Shown in pieces: positions 25,915-32,000 of a stretch of 32,000 bases of DNA. The notes under the pieces were generated by a model. That model ran no database searches. It was not told the DNA's origin and saw nothing but the letters and a program-made list of their open reading frames with translations. A program made the position numbers and the translations under genes. Origin of the DNA: Pyrodictium abyssi (GTDB lineage: Archaea; Thermoproteota; Thermoprotei_A; Sulfolobales; Pyrodictiaceae); the NCBI RefSeq assembly GCF_036323395.1, contig NZ_AP028907.1, forward strand, positions 2,190,001 through 2,222,000, in the 5' to 3' direction. How positions within the stretch are numbered: position 1 is the first letter of the stretch; every line of letters begins with the position of its first letter.

Positions 25915-25931
25915 CTGAATCCCGGCGGACC
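25915..25931 (+). repeat. Second copy of the tRNA-3'-end-like sequence AATCCCGGCGG(G/A)CCCG
   Basis: GAATCCCGGCGGACCCG versus AAATCCCGGCGGGCCCG at 19259..19275, same orientation. Confidence 0.45.
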
Positions 25932-26238
25932 CGCCAAGCAATGTCTTCTCCTATTACATCCTATTACGTTAGATTGTACGAGAGTAATAATGGTTAGCTG
26001 TTCTCTAGCCTAGAAATTCAGTTCTTACTACCTCTTCCTTCAACTTAGTGGCTTCATTATACGCTATTGATATCACTATGGTCTGATTAGCTTCTCCCTC
26101 ACACCCGCTATGCCACATATTAGCTTGAGAAACTACATTGATGAAACTAAGCCATACTACTAAGTATCGGGGCTATATTTCTCTCCAGGTAATGCTAATT
26201 AGCTACATTACATAATGTGCTTCTACATTGTGAGTCCT

Positions 26239-26678
26239 TTATGTTCCTTTCACTGTTTTTAGCCAGGGGACTCTTCCAAAGTCTTCATCAAAGGTTGCTA
26301 TATTCTCTATACCGTAGGCTCTGCATGTAGCTGCTATCAAGGCATCATTTGGTAGTAATTTATACTTCGTCATATACTCTATCAAAGTATCGATACCTAT
26401 GCTAGTCGGTAAATGCTCGAAACATGTGAATAAGGGGTACACATCATGCCATAGTAGCTCTTTAACCTCATCTGTGTATTTGACTTATGTATTTTCTGAG
26501 CCTATACCTAGAAACATTAAGAGCCAGCCTTAAGTACCCGTAAACAACCTCGCTAACCACAACATCATTTATGTATCCTTTCCACTCGCCACGCTCAACC
26601 GCATCTATGAGTTTCTTAGCTTCCACACTACCGGCAAGATACTTGAGAAAGACGTTAGAGTCAAAAGAACACCCTCAT
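26239..26678 (-). pseudogene. Frameshifted PIN-domain (vapC) gene
   Basis: MRVFF* / FDSNVFLKYLAGSVEAKKLIDAVERGEWKGYINDVVVSEVVYGYLRLALNVSRYRLRKYI / VKYTDEVKELLWHDVYPLFTCFEHL...KLLPNDALIAATCRAYGIENIATFDEDFGRVPWLK; at least two frame changes. Confidence 0.75.
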
Positions 26679-26892
26679 TCTCAATCTCCTCGATAACCTT
26701 GTCGATGTCCTCGGGCTTCAAGTCAGGTTTCCTGCGGAGAAGGACGCCAAATACGTGAGAGGGTGCTCTACGGATAATGATCTCGATTTCTTCTCCCTCC
26801 CTGAGGTCTAGTTTCTCGAGAGGCTTTAGCACCCCTTTCTCATACCTCGCACGGATAACTCTAGACAACCTAGTTCTCACCTGCTTTCGCAT
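26605..26892 (-). CDS. AF2212/DUF104-like antitoxin
   Basis: RVIRARYEKGVLKPLEKLDLREGEEIEIII. Confidence 0.85.
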   Translation of the reverse strand: MRKQVRTRLSRVIRARYEKGVLKPLEKLDLREGEEIEIIIRRAPSHVFGVLLRRKPDLKPEDIDKVIEEIENEGVLLTLTSFSSILPVVWKLRNS

Positions 26893-27205
26893 TTTTTACC
26901 TATATAACCGGCTAGCCTCTGTCTCACTTCAAGAAACTTCTCCAGGTTATCTCTCATAAAAGTTTGACAAAGGACAAGCCTACCCCCGAGGTGGCTAGTT
27001 CTCCTTCACGGGTTCAGACCATCCTATATGGTGTGGCCATGTTTATTCCTTCTGCTTCATTCGGGTACTCCGGGGTTCTATGGACCCGGCAGGCCCGCCT
27101 GGTTCTCCTGATGAACTTGGGCTTCCTAGCGCTCATGTCTACGGCCTGAACTGTATGTAGTAATTATGTAGTACGTGTTAGACTCATACACCCTAGGTAG
27201 CCGTC

Positions 27206-27270
27206 TTAACAGTGGTGGTAGTGGTCTCTACGCTTGAAGGCTGCTATGATGACCCCGGTGTCTAGGAGTA
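27206..27270 (-). pseudogene. 5' stub of a PIN (vapC) gene
   Basis: LSILLDTGVIIAAFKRRDHYHHC*: the PIN N-terminal strand only; the remaining catalytic motifs are absent. Confidence 0.6.
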
Positions 27271-27273
27271 TGC

Positions 27274-27552
27274 TCAACTGTAGAGTACCTCGTCGATTCT
27301 TGTGGAAGCGTCTTCGGGGCCTTCGAAGCTGTGCTCTTCTAGCAGCTTTTCGGCCTCCTTGGGGCTTAGTGGCTTCCAGCCGCCTTGGAGCTCTGCGATG
27401 ATCTCGTCTCTCTTTTTCGCGGCGAGTCTTAGGGCGGCTGCTAGTATGTCCTGTAGCCGGTAGCGCACCCCGGTCTCGAGCAGTATCCTGGCCTGTAGCT
27501 CTTCGAGGAGCTTCTTGGAGGCTGTATCCAGCTTTACGCTGGTCCCGGCCAC
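27274..27552 (-). CDS. Antitoxin-like protein (VapB type)
   Basis: SVKLDTASKKLLEELQARILLETGVRYRLQDILAAALRLAAKKRDEIIAEL, immediately upstream of the PIN stub. Confidence 0.65.
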   Translation of the reverse strand: MAGTSVKLDTASKKLLEELQARILLETGVRYRLQDILAAALRLAAKKRDEIIAELQGGWKPLSPKEAEKLLEEHSFEGPEDASTRIDEVLYS

Positions 27553-28020
27553 TGCTCCACCCGGTAGAACACTCTACCCAGAGCCCCCGGGCTTTGGCCG
27601 GCGTGGCTGCTGTTGCGTCTATCATCAATACTGGTTATCGTGGTCTTGGTACCTATAAGGGCTCCCAGGGTCGGCGTGTAGTCCTTACGCCCCTCCATGA
27701 CTACTAGCGTGCTGCTACATGCTCCTAGATACTGAGCCCTCTTACAGGGCGCTACGTCTATAGAATACTGTTTCAACCCTAGTGCTTCATGATAGGCAGG
27801 GACTTAAGTAATGCCTGGTCCCCTAAGCGGGCTATCCTAGACAAGGTATCGGGGGTCTTTGTCGTTATTGCCCAAAATAGGGGGTCAACCCTGCTTTGTA
27901 TAGTGCGGGTCTTCGTGGCCAGAGGCCGGGGTCTGCGGATGTGTCCACGGGCCTCGGGGGCCTGCCGCCTATTGTAGTGTATACAGTTAACATTGTGGCT
28001 GGATGGCTAGCTAGCCTGGT

Positions 28021-28485
28021 TTAGCTGGTTACTAGGTTGCTTATGAGCGTATTGTAGTCTTCGTCGCTAAGTAGGTAGTAGGCTTCGACTCTGGCTTTTA
28101 GGGCGTTATACTTCATGGTCCTATCGTTGGTGACTAGGATTGCGTCGACGTGTTTGGCTGTTGCTATGTAGTATGCGTCTACTGCTCTGCACCCGGTGAA
28201 TAGGGCTATCTCCGCCGCCTTATCATGGATGGTTTCCTCTCCTACGACATCCACGAACTGGAGCGCCGTGTCTACTATCTCGAGAGCCTGTTCTGGCTTG
28301 ATCCTTCTCACGAGTACTGCTCGCAGCTCTACCTCGAAGAGGAAAGGCTCGTAGACGTAGAGGCCGAGGCTGGACAGCCTGTCGAGGGTGGCCCTAGCTC
28401 TCTCGTGTCTCTCTGGTCTCCCGAGGGTAGAGGAGGTAGTAGTCAGCGAATGACGCTAGTATCCACCACGGCAGCCTGGATGGTT
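28021..28485 (-). pseudogene. Frameshifted PIN-domain (vapC) gene
   Basis: VVVDTSVI / ADYYYLLYPRETRET / RERARATLDRLSSLGLYVYEPFLFEVELRAVLVRRIKPEQALEIVDTAL...TGCRAVDAYYIATAKHVDAILVTNDRTM. The C-terminal part is ORF 28021..28311. Confidence 0.75.
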
Positions 28486-28496
28486 TCCCTCGGCAA

Positions 28497-28691
28497 TTAC
28501 CTCCTCTCCTCCACCAACTCCTCGACAACATCACGGTCTACCTTGAACCTGTATCTGCCTGCCTTCTCCCGGAACCCCATGAAGCTCCTCTTGACAACTA
28601 TGATCTCTAGCTCCTCTCCCTCTCTGAACTCAGCGTTGTCGAGAAGCCGCAGTATACTCCTCTCATACTTCACCCTAACCGTCCTAGACAA
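28497..28691 (-). CDS. AF2212/DUF104-like antitoxin
   Basis: RTVRVKYERSILRLLDNAEFREGEELEIIVV. Confidence 0.8.
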   Translation of the reverse strand: MSRTVRVKYERSILRLLDNAEFREGEELEIIVVKRSFMGFREKAGRYRFKVDRDVVEELVEERR

Positions 28692-28730
28692 CCCGGCCTA
28701 TCCCACACATAGTGCTCTCCGTCAAGGCAG

Positions 28731-28937
28731 TCATAAGACTTTACCTTGAACGTAGCTATCGGTGCCATGATGCCGAGAAGGCTTAGGAAAGAGTAAAGAA
28801 ACATATGCCAAAATGCTTTCAATACTCGAGGTCGTAGCATCTACTACCCTGTCGTCCTCATCGATGCCGATAGCCTCCCTTACGGCCTTCGGAAGCATGG
28901 TGCACCCCCTTCCAACCCGGGGCCCTAGGGCTAACAT
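28731..28937 (-). CDS. Possible AbrB/SpoVT-like antitoxin remnant
   Basis: TMLPKAVREAIGIDEDDRV resembles the core of an AbrB swapped-hairpin domain; flanking residues do not. Confidence 0.35.
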   Translation of the reverse strand: MLALGPRVGRGCTMLPKAVREAIGIDEDDRVVDATTSSIESILAYVSLLFPKPSRHHGTDSYVQGKVL

Positions 28938-29123
28938 GGCGCATCCAGGGCGGAAATCAGGCTAAGCAGTCGGCATAAACTGCAGCATCTCTGTGTACCT
29001 AGCCCCCTCTGCTGAGGACGTTACTGCACCCCCGGAATCCTCAGCCGATTATGGGCATGTCTACGATGGGCCTCAGAATGGTCTGCGAGGATACGGGCAT
29101 CATTCCCGGCACTGGGAGGGTTA

Positions 29124-29561
29124 TTGGGGTGTCTTGGTGGAGCTGCTGTTCTGGGCTCTGGGGCATTGGCTGGCGCAGCTGCTGTTGTGGATACTAGTGT
29201 GCTTCACGCGTACCTCGTGGAGGAGGATGTGCTCCACCCTGTGGCGGCTGGGCTGCTCGAGGCGCTGGAGGAGCCGGTGGCGCCGTCTATCGTGGTGCAT
29301 GAGCTTGTGTGGAGTCTGAGGCGGCGGCTCGGCCCTGGTGCTGCGGGGTCGCGGGTGGGCTGGCTGCTTGCTGGCGGGCTTCGGGTGGAGCCAGTGGTGC
29401 TCGGGGACGTCTGGTTCGCGTTGCGTGACCCCCGGCGCTACGAGGACCTGGTTGTGGTCGCTGTGGCCCGGAGGCTGGGGCTCCCGCTGGCTACGCTCGA
29501 CGAGGGTATGGCGAGGCTGGCATCCCGGTACGGCGTAGAGGTTCTATCCGCGCAGCGGTAG
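29124..29561 (+). CDS. PIN-domain toxin, VapC-like (true start possibly near 29187)
   Basis: VVDTSVLHAYLVEEDVLHPVAAGLLEAL, IVVHELVWSLRRRL, YEDLVVVAVARRLGLPLATLDEGMA. Confidence 0.82.
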   Translation: MGCLGGAAVLGSGALAGAAAVVDTSVLHAYLVEEDVLHPVAAGLLEALEEPVAPSIVVHELVWSLRRRLGPGAAGSRVGWLLAGGLRVEPVVLGDVWFALRDPRRYEDLVVVAVARRLGLPLATLDEGMARLASRYGVEVLSAQR

Positions 29562-29595
29562 GCGGTGGCCCTGGGCGCTGTGGAGGGGCACGTGT

Positions 29596-30237
29596 GTGGA
29601 GGTGGTGGGGCACCGTGCTAACACGGTGAGGTGGCTCCGCCGCCACCTCGCCTGCACCCGCAGCGTGGAGGTGGACGTGTACCTGCGCGGCGGCGTCCCC
29701 GTCGCGGGGCACCTTCTGCCCCGGGCGAGGCCGCTGCTCCTCCGGGAGAGGCTAGCCCGGCTCCTCGAGGGCCTACACTTCACCCCTAGCAGGCCGCTAC
29801 GAGAGCTGCTGGCCCATGTGCCGCCGGGGAGCATGGTTATGCTCGACCTCAAGGACCGGGTGCCCCCGCGGCTCCTCGCCGACTCCCTGGAGGGGGCTGG
29901 GGGCCTGGAGCTGGTGCTTGTCACGCGCTGGCACAGCGACGCCCGGGCGCTAGCCGAGGCGCTCCCCGGGGCGCGGGTGCTGCTGAGCATCGATAGCCGC
30001 CCAGCCGAGCCCCGCGTGCTGGTGGAGGCGGCGGGGGCGCACGGCGTCAGCGTCCGGGCCAGCTACGTTGACCGCGGGCTGGTCGAGGCCCTGCACCAGG
30101 GGGGCTACCTGGTTGCGGCGTGGACGGTGAACGAGCCCCGGGAGGCGCTCCGCCTAGCAGAGCTAGGCGTAGACATGATCGTGAGCGACGTACCCTGCGA
30201 GATAGCTAGGGCCCTATGGGCAGGGAGGAGCAGCTAG
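29596..30237 (+). CDS. Glycerophosphodiester phosphodiesterase family protein
   Basis: VVGHRANTVRWLRR, VEVDVYLRGGVPVAGH, HFTPSRPLRELL, MVMLDLK, LVAAWTVNEPREALRLAELGVDMIVSDVP: GDPD motif order. Confidence 0.85.
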   Translation: MEVVGHRANTVRWLRRHLACTRSVEVDVYLRGGVPVAGHLLPRARPLLLRERLARLLEGLHFTPSRPLRELLAHVPPGSMVMLDLKDRVPPRLLADSLEGAGGLELVLVTRWHSDARALAEALPGARVLLSIDSRPAEPRVLVEAAGAHGVSVRASYVDRGLVEALHQGGYLVAAWTVNEPREALRLAELGVDMIVSDVPCEIARALWAGRSS

Positions 30238-30340
30238 GCGCGGCCCCCGGGTTGAATAGCCTGTTGCCGGCTTTGGGTCGGGAGCCGCCGGGCTCTATAG
30301 CGGCTGTGCCGGGCTTGTTGTAGCCGCAGCCTGGTATACC

Positions 30341-30610
30341 GTGTATAAAGTGGGTATGTTGTCTTCTCTTCCAGGGTGTGTACCGGGAATGCAGGGTAGT
30401 GGTATAGTATTCCGGGTGAAGCTGTCAAGGAAGGGTGCTGTTTACCTGCCTCGTGACGTGCTTAGGCGTCTCGGCCTCCGTGAGGGCGACGAGCTGGTGC
30501 TCCGTCTCGAGGATGGGCGTATAGTGTTGATGCCGGTTTACGACCCTCTAGAGCTCGCCCTAAGGGGGCCAAAGTATGGCCGCGTAACGGTAGAGGAGCT
30601 AGAGGGGTAG
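30341..30610 (+). CDS. AbrB/SpoVT-family antitoxin
   Basis: VFRVKLSRKGAVYLPRDVLRRLGLREGDELVLRLEDGRIVLMP. Confidence 0.88.
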   Translation: MYKVGMLSSLPGCVPGMQGSGIVFRVKLSRKGAVYLPRDVLRRLGLREGDELVLRLEDGRIVLMPVYDPLELALRGPKYGRVTVEELEG

Positions 30611-30612
30611 AC

Positions 30613-31058
30613 GTGGAGCACATACTGCTCGATACTAGCTATATACTGCCTACCTCGGCGTGGAGGTCGAGGGCGCCAGGCCAGCCCTTGAGAAGCTGAG
30701 AGTGCTCCGGGCGGAGGGCAGGATAGTACTCTACTACTCGGAGTTCTCGCTGCTCGAAGCGATAGCTAAGGCTGTAAAGCTTAACGTACCCCGGAGTGTC
30801 GTCGAGTACGGCGTTACAGCGATAACTGCTGGCTACAGGAAAGCCGGGCCCAGAGTCGAGGCGTGGCTCCTTGCAGCAGAGCTTCGCCGGGAGGGCCTCC
30901 GGGACCTCATAGACGCGCTGCTCTACGCTATGGCCTCTACTGGCAGGCTCCAGCTACTAACCAGGGATAGGCGGCTACTAGAATTACTAGAATTCCTCGA
31001 GGAACACGGATACCCTACCACTGTAGTGATGCGTGAGGAGCAGCTACTAGAGAGCTAG
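30613..31058 (+). pseudogene. PIN-domain (vapC) gene with a frameshift near 30650
   Basis: GTG at 30613 gives MEHILLDTSYILP, then the frame changes into YLGVEVEGARPALEKLRVLRAEGRIVLYYSEFSLLEAIAKAV...LRDLIDALLYAMASTGRLQLLTRDRRLLE (ORF 30660..31058). Confidence 0.8.
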
Positions 31059-31101
31059 GTTATTAGCATGTGGCAATGCTGCAGTGTGGAGGAGGAAAGG
31101 G

Positions 31102-31986
31102 CTAGGTGATTATCTTCTCGAGTATGCCCTTCTCGGCTGCTTCGCGTAGCTCCCTGGCTATCCGGCGGCCCATGTACATCGGGTCCTCCCAGTAGAGGCT
31201 GGCGTAGGGCGTCTGGAGCCCGGTGTACACGTTGGTGCCGGCTACTATCCTGCCGCTGAACTCGAATATCTTGTACTCTAGGCTCTCGGTTACTATGCCC
31301 TCGAGGCTGTAGGGCCCGGCTGCGGGGTAGCCGGTGGCCCTCTCCACGGCCCTGGCGAAGCGCTCGCCGTAGTCTAGTACCCGGGCGAGGAGGCTTTCAC
31401 GCGCCACTATCGGCATGTTGGCTACCACGGTGTAGCTGGGCTCTAGGCCTAGCTCCTCCTGGAGCCGGGGCGGCACCCGGGCGAGCCCATCCACGTTGCT
31501 CTCTAGCCGGATGTCCATGCCGAGTAGCTCTACACGGCCGTGGACTAGGCTGTTGAAGTAGTGGCTGTAGAGCCGGACACCCACCACGTACTCCTGGAGG
31601 ACCAGGTCCCCGGGGCGGTAGCCCTGCTTCTCCAGCTCCGCGGCCACCTTCTCCACGTCGCGGGGGGCTGCTAGCCTGTAGCCGCGGCCACCCTTGGCGC
31701 CGGGGAGCTTGACTATCACCGGGACGCCTGCCTCGGCGGCCTCGCGGGGCGAGCTGAACCTCCTGGGCGTGTCTATCCCGGCGTCCTCTAGCAGGGAGAG
31801 CTTCCGGTCCCAGCTAGCCTCTATCTCAAGGAGGTACCGGTTGCCGAGAACCGGTAGCTCCAGGGAGAGGAGCGTCTCCACGCCCACGTACTCTATGAGG
31901 CTCGCGTGCGGCACGAGCACGGCGTTGGCCTCGCGGAGCTGCTCGACTACGCTGGGGGCTAGGAGGTCCCGCCAGGACTCGACCAC
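31102..31986 (-). CDS. purP: PurP-like formate-dependent FAICAR synthetase, N-terminus beyond the window
   Basis: LPVLGNRYLLEIEASWDRKLSLLEDAGIDTPRRF, VIVKLPGAKGGRGYRLA, LQEYVVGVRLYSHYFNS, YTVVANMPIVARESLL, KIFEFSGRIVAGTNVYTGLQTPYASLYWEDPMYMGRRIARELREA. Confidence 0.9.
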   Translation of the reverse strand: MVESWRDLLAPSVVEQLREANAVLVPHASLIEYVGVETLLSLELPVLGNRYLLEIEASWDRKLSLLEDAGIDTPRRFSSPREAAEAGVPVIVKLPGAKGGRGYRLAAPRDVEKVAAELEKQGYRPGDLVLQEYVVGVRLYSHYFNSLVHGRVELLGMDIRLESNVDGLARVPPRLQEELGLEPSYTVVANMPIVARESLLARVLDYGERFARAVERATGYPAAGPYSLEGIVTESLEYKIFEFSGRIVAGTNVYTGLQTPYASLYWEDPMYMGRRIARELREAAEKGILEKIIT

Positions 31987-32000
31987 TACTGCGCGGCTGT

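Noticed and set aside
27206-27628. 140-aa minus ORF treated as one protein
   Set aside because: Only the last ~20 residues (SILLDTGVIIAAFKR) look real, as a PIN N-terminus. The rest is the out-of-frame shadow of the antitoxin at 27274..27552.
1-32000. CRISPR array accompanying the Cas6-like protein
   Set aside because: No regularly spaced ~24-37 nt repeats noticed on either strand.

Overview
This 32 kb window is GC-rich and archaeal in character, probably from a hyperthermophilic crenarchaeon of the Pyrodictiaceae type (inference from family content and style, not tested). No CRISPR array, rRNA or complete tRNA was found.

Main blocks:
(1) 0.6-3.6 kb: two intact PIN/antitoxin (VapBC-type) pairs.
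(2) 3.8-7.2 kb, minus strand: a HerA-like ATPase and a NurA-like nuclease, the nuclease split by one in-frame TGA.
(3) 7.3-9.5 kb, plus strand, divergent from (2): an archaeal-type tRNA-guanine transglycosylase (TGT/DpdA-like) base-exchange enzyme tightly coupled to an MNT nucleotidyltransferase and a HEPN (HepT-like) gene, then a small conserved-looking ORF.
(4) 9.7-12.2 kb: a PaREP1/HEPN-like protein, an orphan Cas6/RAMP-like protein, and a TumE-like (DUF6516) toxin with a coiled-coil partner.
(5) 12.3-19.2 kb: an SSS symporter with a small membrane partner, a wHTH plus NMT1/THI5-like regulator, and thiamine-type ABC binding protein and permease genes without an ATPase.
(6) 19.25-31 kb: a decaying accessory region. 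It holds repeated VapBC modules whose toxin genes are mostly frameshifted while the antitoxin ORFs stay open, frameshifted PaREP1 and HExxH-metalloprotease genes, a standalone ATP-cone protein, and a PD-(D/E)XK-like nuclease ORF with two in-frame stops. Two tRNA-3'-end-like direct repeats lie at its left side and at 25.9 kb.
(7) The 3' edge: a GDPD gene, an AbrB/PIN pair with a frameshifted toxin, and a truncated purP.

The best candidate for an undescribed system is the divergent HerA/NurA and TGT-like/MNT/HEPN cluster at 3.8-9.5 kb. All family calls come from motif recognition only; no database search was run.
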